Positions 11,590 through 19,641 of a stretch of DNA of 48,559 nucleotides are shown one piece after another (the stretch's first letter is position 1; every line of letters begins with the position of its first letter). The notes under the pieces are model-generated. The model saw only the letters and a list, made by a program, of their open reading frames with translations, did not search any database and was not told the origin of the DNA. Both the position numbers and the translations under genes were made by a program. The stretch spans positions 1-48,559 of the forward strand of contig JAFGRJ010000024.1 of the NCBI GenBank assembly GCA_016935235.1, given 5' to 3'. Origin of the DNA: Candidatus Cloacimonadota bacterium (GTDB taxonomy: Bacteria > Cloacimonadota > Cloacimonadia > Cloacimonadales > TCS61).

Positions 11590-12505
11590 GATCTATATTT
11601 TTCTTCTGGCGTTTTCCATCCTTTTACTGGGAGGGTGTATCATACCTCGCCCAATCTACTACACGCCATCAGAGAGGTATCATATTGTCAAGGAAGGAGA
11701 AACCCTGACTGATTTAAGCAGGCGCTATAGAACTTCTGAAGATTTATTGATGTTATTCAACGGACTTGGCAGTGAAAAGATATACCCCGGGCAGAAAATT
11801 CATCTGTATCCCAAACCGGTTTTTAAAGAGGAATTCGTTACGATAAGGCCCATTCCTCTTCAGGGTATGCATAAAGTAGTTAAAGGTGAAACTATATACA
11901 GAATAGCCAAAATGTACGATTTGAATATCATCGATCTGCTGGAAAATAATAACCTGAAAAGTATGGAACTGAAATCAGGACAAAATTTGATGTTAAGATC
12001 ACCCACAACAGCTAATGATGATGTTGACAGCAGTAACATTGTCCATGAAAAACCATTATATACAGAACCGGAGGAATCCGTGCAGAAGGTAACCATAATT
12101 CCGGAAGAAAATCCCTATGACAGAAACGATCTGGTGATGCCGGTAGAAGGAACGGTCACTTCTGAATTCGGGATTAGAAATGGCAAACCCCATAAGGGGA
12201 TAGATATTTCAGCCCCGGTGGGTACTCCTGTGCATGCTGTTCTCGATGGTAAAGTTGTTTATACCGGTGTTCAGAGAGGATATGGTAATGTAATAATTCT
12301 GGAACATCAGGATTATGTGATGACGGTTTACGCTCATAATGATGCTAATTTTGTGCGCCTGGGTGACAAAGTAAAGAAAGGACAGCCCATCGCTGCAGTC
12401 GGTGACACAGGGACTACATCAGGTCCGCATCTCCATTTTGAGTACCGTATCCAGGGCAAAGCGATCAATCCCCGGGAAGTACTTCCCGACCTTGCTGCAA
12501 GATAA
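11579..12505 (+). CDS. NlpD-like lipoprotein: two LysM domains plus an M23 peptidase domain
   Basis: TTG start and lipobox LLLGGC. Two LysM repeats (HIVKEGETLTDLSRRY, HKVVKGETIYRIAKMY). M23 motifs HKGID and GPHLHFEY are intact. Confidence 0.88.
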   Translation: MNIRIYIFLLAFSILLLGGCIIPRPIYYTPSERYHIVKEGETLTDLSRRYRTSEDLLMLFNGLGSEKIYPGQKIHLYPKPVFKEEFVTIRPIPLQGMHKVVKGETIYRIAKMYDLNIIDLLENNNLKSMELKSGQNLMLRSPTTANDDVDSSNIVHEKPLYTEPEESVQKVTIIPEENPYDRNDLVMPVEGTVTSEFGIRNGKPHKGIDISAPVGTPVHAVLDGKVVYTGVQRGYGNVIILEHQDYVMTVYAHNDANFVRLGDKVKKGQPIAAVGDTGTTSGPHLHFEYRIQGKAINPREVLPDLAAR

Positions 12506-12509
12506 GATT

Positions 12510-12803
12510 ATGAAAGACAGATATCTTATTGGACAGGTGGCAAAGATTCTTGGAATTCATGACCAGACGATTCGGATGTACGAAAGAAAAAATCTGGTGA
12601 AACCGATGCGGACACCCAACAACACGAGAATTTTCACAAGTGCTGAGATAACCCGGATCACAATTATCATAACCCTGACCCAGGAAATAGGCATGAATCT
12701 CTCCGGGGTAAAGATAGTGCTATCACTGGCAAAAAAATTACGCATGAATGATGATGAACTTCTTGACTTTATTTATGATCACCGGAATGAATTCCAAGTA
12801 TGA
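12510..12803 (+). CDS. Small MerR-family HTH transcriptional regulator
   Basis: I chose the ATG at 12510, just after the upstream stop. 97 aa; YLIGQVAKILGIHDQTIRMYERKNLVKP is a MerR-type N-terminal HTH. There is no obvious effector domain. Confidence 0.75.
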   Translation: MKDRYLIGQVAKILGIHDQTIRMYERKNLVKPMRTPNNTRIFTSAEITRITIIITLTQEIGMNLSGVKIVLSLAKKLRMNDDELLDFIYDHRNEFQV

Positions 12804-12821
12804 AGGAATGCGGGAAAAATA

Positions 12822-13688
12822 ATGGCTGAGAATGTATTTGAGGATAAAGCTCTGCAGAGTTACCTTAATCAGATTGCAGACATAGAACCTTTAAGCAGGG
12901 ATGAAGAGTACGAGTTGGCACTCAAGGCAAAAAATGGTGACAGGGAAGCGATTAACAGGTTGGTGCAGGCTAATTTGAAATTTGTAGTAAAAGTAGCGGC
13001 CAAATACCAGAATCGTGGGCTCACCCTTGCTGAATTGATCAGTGAAGGCAACATGGGATTGATCAAAGCGATCAAAAAATTTGAACCGGAAAAGGACAAT
13101 AAGCTTATCTCCTATGCTGTATGGTGGATAAAGCAAAGAATTCTGTTTGCTCTTGCAGAAAAGACCAATGTTATCAGAATCCCTTTAGGCAAAGCCAATA
13201 TTGCCAGCAAGATCAAGATTGCCCGGGAAAAGATTTTCAGTGAAACCGGGGAAGAAGCATCCGTGGAAGAAATCTCCGAGATAACCGACCTGGATGAGAA
13301 AGCAATTGAAAAGATGGGAAAGCAGTCAATTAGTACCGTTTCCATAGACGATACCAGTTATACGAGCAAGCACGATGAGGTTACACTTTATGAGTTTCTG
13401 GAGGATCCTGGCATAATCGATCCCAAAACCCTGTATTACCGGGAAAAAGTAAAGGACAGTATTGATAAATCTATTAAGAATCTTCCGGCCAGAGAAGCCA
13501 TGATTGTAAAGGAATATTTCGGTCTGGAAGGTCAGAAAAGTAAGAATTTTGCTCAGATTGGTGAAGAACTCGGTCTATCCAGAGAAAGGGTGAGACAGAT
13601 CCAGAAGAAAGCCCTGGAAAAGATATTCAGTGAAACATACAAGGAATCAGAAAAGGATATTGATTATCTTATTCAGGAATACCTGTAG
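12822..13688 (+). CDS. Sigma-70 family RNA polymerase sigma factor, compact RpoD/RpoS-like, no region 1.1
   Basis: 288 aa. Region 2 (ELISEGNMGLIKAIKKFEPEKDNKLISYAVWWIKQRI), region 3, and a region 4 HTH (FAQIGEELGLSRERVRQIQKKALEKI). Confidence 0.9.
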   Translation: MAENVFEDKALQSYLNQIADIEPLSRDEEYELALKAKNGDREAINRLVQANLKFVVKVAAKYQNRGLTLAELISEGNMGLIKAIKKFEPEKDNKLISYAVWWIKQRILFALAEKTNVIRIPLGKANIASKIKIAREKIFSETGEEASVEEISEITDLDEKAIEKMGKQSISTVSIDDTSYTSKHDEVTLYEFLEDPGIIDPKTLYYREKVKDSIDKSIKNLPAREAMIVKEYFGLEGQKSKNFAQIGEELGLSRERVRQIQKKALEKIFSETYKESEKDIDYLIQEYL

Positions 13689-13755
13689 CCTGCAGTTGTC
13701 ATAATAATATTTTGCAGAGCATACCTTTATAAACAGATGAATTTACATAATACAG

Positions 13756-15117
13756 TCAAATTTCGATCATACCAGTCAGGATCTTATTTTTCAGATAAGT
13801 CTTTTTTGTTGCATTTATGGCTGTTTTGCCTCTGATCTTGACATTAGGACCAAAGTAGACGTCCCCGGCGACATTCAATTCTGTACATTCCCTCAGGGAA
13901 GGAATACCATCGCGGAAGTGTTCTTCCAGTTGACTGATTTCCCTGTAATGTTCATCTAGTCTGATAACCGGAGGTTTCCCGCGCAAGCTGTCGATGATGA
14001 TATTGAATCCTTCTGATAATTTGTAGGCATCAGACCAGAGGGCAAGAAGATCATCGGTTTTCTTGACTGGAACGAAGCGATGACGATCCACGACGATTGC
14101 CTTTGCCCCGGGAAAAAGGCCGATTGCTGCCCCCATGGCTGTTTCTAGCTGATAAACTGGACAACCGTTAACTTCCTTGGTGTTAAGAATCAGTGGCAGG
14201 GGAAGGATATTATTATATTCAGCAAGTTTCTTCTTCAGAGCCAATAGATTTACCCAGAGATTGTTCGTATTAAAATATCTGTATTTATCAACATTCTGAA
14301 ATTCCGCAATGTCTTCCTGAGGGCATTGGGCTACTTCTCTGAGTAGTAGCTGCCCATCTGATCCCTGCGCCAGATGACCTCCTTTCTTATCCATTTCGGT
14401 ACGCAGGCATACTTCCATCAGAAAGGGAACTCTCTTATCCTGCAGGTAGTGGAGTATCTTGGAATTTATAATTGCTCCCAGGTTGTCGGAGTTGGATATG
14501 AAGATATAATCTATGTGATGTGCAGCCAGTTTCTGAAGCGTACCAGTTATTTCCAGAGCCAGATATATTTCACCATGCCCGGGAGGATTCCAGTTAAGAT
14601 TCTCCTCGGCAAGTTGCAGAGGAGCAAGGTTATCTCTTCTGATCTTGGGGAATCTATTCTGAATGAAATCAAGAGGTATACCGGGGATTTTCAGTTCCGG
14701 ATATCTTTTTAACCACTCCAGTGTATCATAGCGAGTATTAAAGCTGTTCATAAAAAGCAATGGAATTTGCAGCCCGGTTTTTTCTCTTAATTTGATCGTT
14801 TGCTTACATATTATATCAAGGAAGTTGTAATTATCCTTAACTTTCAACAGGGATTTAGCTTTTTTAAGGCCCATGCTTGTTCCCAATCCGCCATTCAGTT
14901 TTATAATTGCAACCCGGGAAGGCTTATAATCTTGGGGTTGTTCAAGGGTTGAGTAGAAAATGAGGTTATCGGACTGGGGTAAGGTAATATCGCTTTCAGG
15001 GATCATTCCAGAGGCGCCTTGCTGAACCTGCTCGAAATAATGAATAAAAGCCTTCACAACAGTCTCGGGTAAGGCTGCTTTTTTCATGATCGATATATAT
15101 TTTGACTGGTAATTCAA
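13756..15117 (-). CDS. UTP--glucose-1-phosphate uridylyltransferase, eukaryote-type UDPGP family
   Basis: 453 aa. KLNGGLGTSMGLKKAKSLL closely matches the UDPGP-family signature of eukaryotic UGPases. The 15117 start is TTG with AAGGA upstream; an alternative ATG lies at 15087. Confidence 0.8.
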   Translation of the reverse strand: MNYQSKYISIMKKAALPETVVKAFIHYFEQVQQGASGMIPESDITLPQSDNLIFYSTLEQPQDYKPSRVAIIKLNGGLGTSMGLKKAKSLLKVKDNYNFLDIICKQTIKLREKTGLQIPLLFMNSFNTRYDTLEWLKRYPELKIPGIPLDFIQNRFPKIRRDNLAPLQLAEENLNWNPPGHGEIYLALEITGTLQKLAAHHIDYIFISNSDNLGAIINSKILHYLQDKRVPFLMEVCLRTEMDKKGGHLAQGSDGQLLLREVAQCPQEDIAEFQNVDKYRYFNTNNLWVNLLALKKKLAEYNNILPLPLILNTKEVNGCPVYQLETAMGAAIGLFPGAKAIVVDRHRFVPVKKTDDLLALWSDAYKLSEGFNIIIDSLRGKPPVIRLDEHYREISQLEEHFRDGIPSLRECTELNVAGDVYFGPNVKIRGKTAINATKKTYLKNKILTGMIEI

Positions 15118-15131
15118 GATATGTCCTTATA

Positions 15132-16067
15132 TTAGAAGTTTACTCTCTCGGCAATGGAGATCTGCCGTTCCCTGTTGGTATTTCTATTCTGATTCACAAT
15201 CAATTCTCCCAGTAGTCCAATGGAAAGGAACTGAATACCGACAGTTATCAAAAGAACGGACAGGAAGAGCAGGGGTCGGTTGGTAAGAGGCTGATGGTAG
15301 ATAATTTTCATTACGGTAAGGTATAGCCCGATTGCGAAACCAACCAGTGAGAAGGTCACTCCGATGCTCCCGAAAAGATAGAGCGGACTGTGGATGAAAT
15401 GGGTGACCAGTTTTACTGTGAGGAGGTCTAAAAATCCTCTTAAATATCTTTCCCTGCCATATTTAGATTTTCCGAACTTTCGGGGACGGTGCTGTACAGG
15501 AATTTCAGCTACCCGGAAACCTCTGGCATGAGCCAGGGCGGGGATATATCTATGCATGTCACCGTAAATATCGAGCTCTTTAACCAGTTTACTGCGGTAA
15601 GCCTTGAAACCGCAGTTAAAATCGTGCAAATGGAGTGAGAAGAACATGGAAACAACCCAGTTAAATATACGGGATGGGATCTTTTTGGAAAGGGGATCTC
15701 TTCTCTTCTTTTTCCAACCCACAACCAGATCATAGCCTTCTTCCAGTTTGGTGAGAAATTTGGGAATTTCACCCGGATCATCCTGCAGGTCGGCGTCAAT
15801 TGTGACAATAACATCCCCGGAGGCTATCTGAAAGCCCGTTTGCAATCCAGCGGATTTCCCAAAGTTCTTGCGGAAACTTACTACTTTTACATTATTGTTT
15901 TTTTCTGCAAGCTCCTTCATAACAGAAAAACTGTTGTCCTTACTTCCATCATCTATGAAAATTATTTCATATGCGCAGCCGGGGATATTTTTAAGAATTT
16001 CCTGATACAGGGTTAGCAGGCTTTTCTCTTCGTTGAAAACCGGAACCAGGAATGATATTTTTTTCAT
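15132..16067 (-). CDS. GT2 polyprenyl-phosphate glycosyltransferase (GtrB/DPM1/ArnC-like)
   Basis: 311 aa. N-terminal GT-A domain (VPVFNEE, IDDGSKDNS, DADLQDDP) plus two C-terminal TM helices, as in GtrB-type enzymes. Confidence 0.8.
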   Translation of the reverse strand: MKKISFLVPVFNEEKSLLTLYQEILKNIPGCAYEIIFIDDGSKDNSFSVMKELAEKNNNVKVVSFRKNFGKSAGLQTGFQIASGDVIVTIDADLQDDPGEIPKFLTKLEEGYDLVVGWKKKRRDPLSKKIPSRIFNWVVSMFFSLHLHDFNCGFKAYRSKLVKELDIYGDMHRYIPALAHARGFRVAEIPVQHRPRKFGKSKYGRERYLRGFLDLLTVKLVTHFIHSPLYLFGSIGVTFSLVGFAIGLYLTVMKIIYHQPLTNRPLLFLSVLLITVGIQFLSIGLLGELIVNQNRNTNRERQISIAERVNF

Positions 16068-16078
16068 AATAATCCTCT

Positions 16079-16705
16079 TTAAACAAAAAGATTGATTATT
16101 GACATAACTGTTCCGCTTAATATGGGAATTTTCAGATTATCATTAACAGGAAGGCGTGATATCTCTGCCAGGGAAGCAGATGCTGCACCACTCAAGGAAA
16201 GCAGGGGGTGAAGGAAAAAAAGGGAAAAGATAAAGGTACTGATAAAACAAGCCAGAGTTCCTTCCAGGCTTTTACTGGTGCCAATGATGCGCCTTCTACC
16301 CCAGATAAGACCTGTAAATGCGGCAAAGGTGTCTCCAATAGCAAGAAAGCATAAGGAGACAAAGGCAATCTCAGGAGTGAAAAGAGCAACGCATACCACG
16401 GAAGCAACTAGCAGATAAGTAGCTCCTGTATAATCATGCTGCTCCTCCGGGCGCAGGAATCGTCCAAAAACATTCTGAAAGAACCTGGAGAAGGATTGAT
16501 TATGGAAACGGATCAATTCTATTACCACAGCGAGGAAAGCAAGAAATGACAGAATAATTACAGTGGCTTTACGCAGGCTGTTAAAGGGACTACTATTTAT
16601 GGAGCCAGTGAATATATAGGGCATGATGTATCGATAACCCAGGGGTATAAACAGCGAAGACAGGTGGATCAATTTCCGACCGAATTCGTTACATTGATGA
16701 TTCAT
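16079..16705 (-). CDS. CTP-dependent polyprenol/dolichol/phytol kinase-like membrane protein (CTP_transf_1 superfamily)
   Basis: 208-aa polytopic protein with an N-terminal RKLIHL motif and a C-terminal AIGDTFAAFTGLIWGRRR motif. ATGA overlap with the upstream reductase gene. Confidence 0.6.
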   Translation of the reverse strand: MNHQCNEFGRKLIHLSSLFIPLGYRYIMPYIFTGSINSSPFNSLRKATVIILSFLAFLAVVIELIRFHNQSFSRFFQNVFGRFLRPEEQHDYTGATYLLVASVVCVALFTPEIAFVSLCFLAIGDTFAAFTGLIWGRRRIIGTSKSLEGTLACFISTFIFSLFFLHPLLSLSGAASASLAEISRLPVNDNLKIPILSGTVMSIINLFV

Positions 16706-17889
16706 TTTAACTTACTGACTACGAAAGCCTTAGCAACATCTAACATCAACTTGGGATCGCCTTTAACTGCCTCGGTAAACATGATTTTAAGACTGAACTC
16801 ATCACGGGGGATGTTTTTGCAGAATGCCACAATCCTGTTGAAACGATCATCGTTCATATTGAAAAATCTTGATTTCATAGCATGCATGGTTTTCTGGATA
16901 TTTCCCAGGCGTTTGTTCCATTCCCGGTGGTATTTCCTGAGAAATTCAGCACTGTAGTCTTTTTTTCTGACCGAGTCCGCTGCCACCTTACCTGCCAGAC
17001 TGCCTGCGATCATTCCCTGGACAATGCCACCTCCGGTGATGGGATTGACCTGTCGTGCCGCATCACCTACCAGCATAATATTATCAGCGGTTATTTCTTT
17101 AAGGGTAACGGCAGTGGGAACGCAGCCAAAAACGGTATAAGTTGCTTTGGCACGAGGGTAGTGTTGCTCCAGAAAGGCATCCAGATATTCTTGGGGACTT
17201 TTTTTCTCTGCCAGATGACCAGCAATTCCGATGCCGACATTAGCGGAGTGGGAAGATTTGGGAAACACCCAGATATAACCGCCAGGTGAAATCTCGTTAC
17301 CAAAATAGAAATCACAGCACCTGTTATCAACATCAATTCCTGTGATAGTGTACTGGGCGCAGGTATCAATATCTTCCAGTTTTATCGCAGTTTTAATTCC
17401 TGCCCACCGACCAGCTCTTGATTCCACACCATCTGCGGCGATTACGATTCGACATTTAACTTCTTTGATGTTTCCCAGATGTCGGTACCTTACTCCAGAG
17501 ATGCCTTTATCATCCTGAAGTAATCCTGTAGCATCGGCTTTAGTGAGAAGCTGGGCGCCTTTACTGCAGGCCAGCTCACATAAGGCTGTATCGAATATTC
17601 TTCTTTCCAGGACATAACCGGTACCATTGTTGTACATTACCGCATAATTACCATCAGGTGACTGCAATTTAGCCATTTCGATGGTGGCAGCTATCCAGCG
17701 TTTATCAATTTTTATGAAAGGAGAAATACCGTTGTGTGAGACTCCTTCAGCGCAGCGCACAGGAATACCAGGTTCCCGATCACGCTCCAGAATCAGTACG
17801 GAAGCGCCATTTTCTGCGGCAAACCTGGCGGCCATACTGCCGGCAGGACCGGCGCCTATAACCACAATGTCGTAATTGCTGGCAATCAT
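16702..17889 (-). CDS. Geranylgeranyl reductase family flavoprotein, archaeal DGGGPL-reductase-like
   Basis: 395 aa. FAD fold DIVVIGAGPAGSMAAR, VRCAEG (archaeal-type Cys motif), PGGYIWVFPK...NVGIG, and LVGDAAR. Confidence 0.85.
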   Translation of the reverse strand: MIASNYDIVVIGAGPAGSMAARFAAENGASVLILERDREPGIPVRCAEGVSHNGISPFIKIDKRWIAATIEMAKLQSPDGNYAVMYNNGTGYVLERRIFDTALCELACSKGAQLLTKADATGLLQDDKGISGVRYRHLGNIKEVKCRIVIAADGVESRAGRWAGIKTAIKLEDIDTCAQYTITGIDVDNRCCDFYFGNEISPGGYIWVFPKSSHSANVGIGIAGHLAEKKSPQEYLDAFLEQHYPRAKATYTVFGCVPTAVTLKEITADNIMLVGDAARQVNPITGGGIVQGMIAGSLAGKVAADSVRKKDYSAEFLRKYHREWNKRLGNIQKTMHAMKSRFFNMNDDRFNRIVAFCKNIPRDEFSLKIMFTEAVKGDPKLMLDVAKAFVVSKLK

Positions 17890-17890
17890 G

Positions 17891-18058
17891 TTAATCTTCC
17901 TCTATAGCCTTAACAGGGCAGGCAATAACACAATTACGGCAGAGAATGCATTTATTCTCGTCAAGATGTACATCGAATTCGCTGACAGTAATAGCATCAA
18001 CCGGACAAACAGCCACACATGTTCCACATATATCACAGAGGTCTTTTCGAATCCGCAT
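17891..18058 (-). CDS. 2x[4Fe-4S] ferredoxin (55 aa), below the ORF-track length cutoff
   Basis: My own translation is MRIRKDLCDICGTCVAVCPVDAITVSEFDVHLDENKCILCRNCVIACPVKAIEED, with two CxxCxxCxxxCP motifs. An AGGA lies upstream overlapping the recJ stop. The ferredoxin stop codon lies 1 nt upstream of the reductase ATG. Confidence 0.75.
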   Translation of the reverse strand: MRIRKDLCDICGTCVAVCPVDAITVSEFDVHLDENKCILCRNCVIACPVKAIEED

Positions 18059-18068
18059 ATATAATATC

Positions 18069-19634
18069 CTAGTTTACAACTTTCTGCTGGTAATCAACGA
18101 TTTTTATGACAGCACCATTAAATTTCAGGACAAGATCATAAGTGTCTTTGTTACGGGGAAGCAAGTCCAGGTTATCGATTTTCAATATTTCCTGATGCTT
18201 ATCTGGAATATAATCTTCTATGAGATAAAAGGGAGATGGATTTCCTTCTCCGTAGGGTTGCATGAAATCAAAATCAGTAAAAAGGAAATCAATAAATTCT
18301 GCAGCCTTAGTTATGGGGATAACAGCATCGATATGGATTTTTTTATTTTTCAGAATATTTTCTTTATGCATTTCGACGTAAAGGTTGAACTTATCAAGGA
18401 ATGCCTGGATTGAGGAAGGATGGGCAGAGAATCCCGCCGCTTTGACATGTCCCCCATATTGAATAAGGGTATCACTGCAATAGTTGAAGGCATCTATAAG
18501 ATTAAAACCTTCCGAACACCTGGCTTCGCAGACGACCGAGGTATTCTTTTCTTTCAGAATAACGGCAGGTATCTTGAAATGATTGGTGATGTAGGAAGCC
18601 CCAAATCCCAGATATTCCAGGGGTATTTTGTCTTCGACATCATAATAAACAAAACTGGTGCAGTTCTCCTGAATGACTTTGCCTGCCAGAAATTTCTTCA
18701 GATCATCTATGGTCTTTTCGACATCCTGATAATCGGAGAGGAGTTGCCGGTAGATGATATCCTTATCGATAATGTTGCTGAGGAGTAGATTCAATGACCT
18801 GTTCTCCCCGTTTTCTTCCTGGTTGTTGGAAAGAAGACGTATAATGAAGCGAATTATACCAAGCCGGGAAGTATGACTTCTGTTCTGCTGACTCACTCCC
18901 GCGAGCAATTTGATAGTGGGATCGTTAAAGCTGCTCCATTCATCAAGGACCTTTTTAACGAAATACCTGTTGATATTGATCATGGGAACCTTGTCGGCAA
19001 TGCTACCGACAGCTACCCAGAAGAGGTAATTGTTATCAGTTGTTATACCGAGGATTTCTGCCAATTTCAAGACAAGCAGATAAACCACTCCTACTCCGGC
19101 CAGCATTTTAAACGGAAAGGAACAATCAGATCTTTTAGGATTGATCACAGCATAAGCGGAAGGGAGTCTATCACGCACCAGGTGATGATCGGTGACGATC
19201 ACATCACAGTTCGATGCAGTTATTTTATCTATGGGCTTGAAATCTGAAATACCATTATCGACAGTAATAACGAGATCATATTTGTCCCTTCTTACCCGTT
19301 CAAGAAAACCTTTCTGCATGCCATGATTCTCGATCAACCGGTTGGGGATGTAATAATAGTGATTCTGGGAACCAATAGTCTCAAGAAAATCAAAAAGAAT
19401 ATAAGTTGAAGTAATGCCATCCAGGTCGTCGTGACCAAAAATAATGATTTTCTCTTTGTTTTTTACAGCTGTGATTATTCTTTCAGCAGCCTTGTCGAGG
19501 TCTTTGAGAAGAGAGGGATCAGGTATGGTCATAAGATGGGTATCGAGAATTTCAGCATTTATCTGTCGGTTATTCTTAATCTGTTCTAATATGGTCAGTT
19601 CAGGTTTTTTATTATAAATCCAGTTGAATTTCAT
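18069..19634 (-). CDS. recJ: Single-stranded-DNA-specific exonuclease RecJ-like (DHH/DHHA1 phosphoesterase)
   Basis: 521 aa. Motifs FGHDDLDGITS, TVDNGIS, VTDHH, and GGHVKAAGF (DHHA1). Confidence 0.75.
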   Translation of the reverse strand: MKFNWIYNKKPELTILEQIKNNRQINAEILDTHLMTIPDPSLLKDLDKAAERIITAVKNKEKIIIFGHDDLDGITSTYILFDFLETIGSQNHYYYIPNRLIENHGMQKGFLERVRRDKYDLVITVDNGISDFKPIDKITASNCDVIVTDHHLVRDRLPSAYAVINPKRSDCSFPFKMLAGVGVVYLLVLKLAEILGITTDNNYLFWVAVGSIADKVPMININRYFVKKVLDEWSSFNDPTIKLLAGVSQQNRSHTSRLGIIRFIIRLLSNNQEENGENRSLNLLLSNIIDKDIIYRQLLSDYQDVEKTIDDLKKFLAGKVIQENCTSFVYYDVEDKIPLEYLGFGASYITNHFKIPAVILKEKNTSVVCEARCSEGFNLIDAFNYCSDTLIQYGGHVKAAGFSAHPSSIQAFLDKFNLYVEMHKENILKNKKIHIDAVIPITKAAEFIDFLFTDFDFMQPYGEGNPSPFYLIEDYIPDKHQEILKIDNLDLLPRNKDTYDLVLKFNGAVIKIVDYQQKVVN

Positions 19635-19641
19635 AAACTGA

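Noticed and set aside
12402-12509. N-terminal 36-codon extension of the MerR ORF overlapping the NlpD-like gene; likewise the GTG extension of efp (27067-27114) and the TTG extension of the hypothetical gene at 36348-36380.
   Set aside because: In each case an internal ATG, placed right after the upstream stop and/or behind a good Shine-Dalgarno sequence, gives the canonical protein N-terminus.
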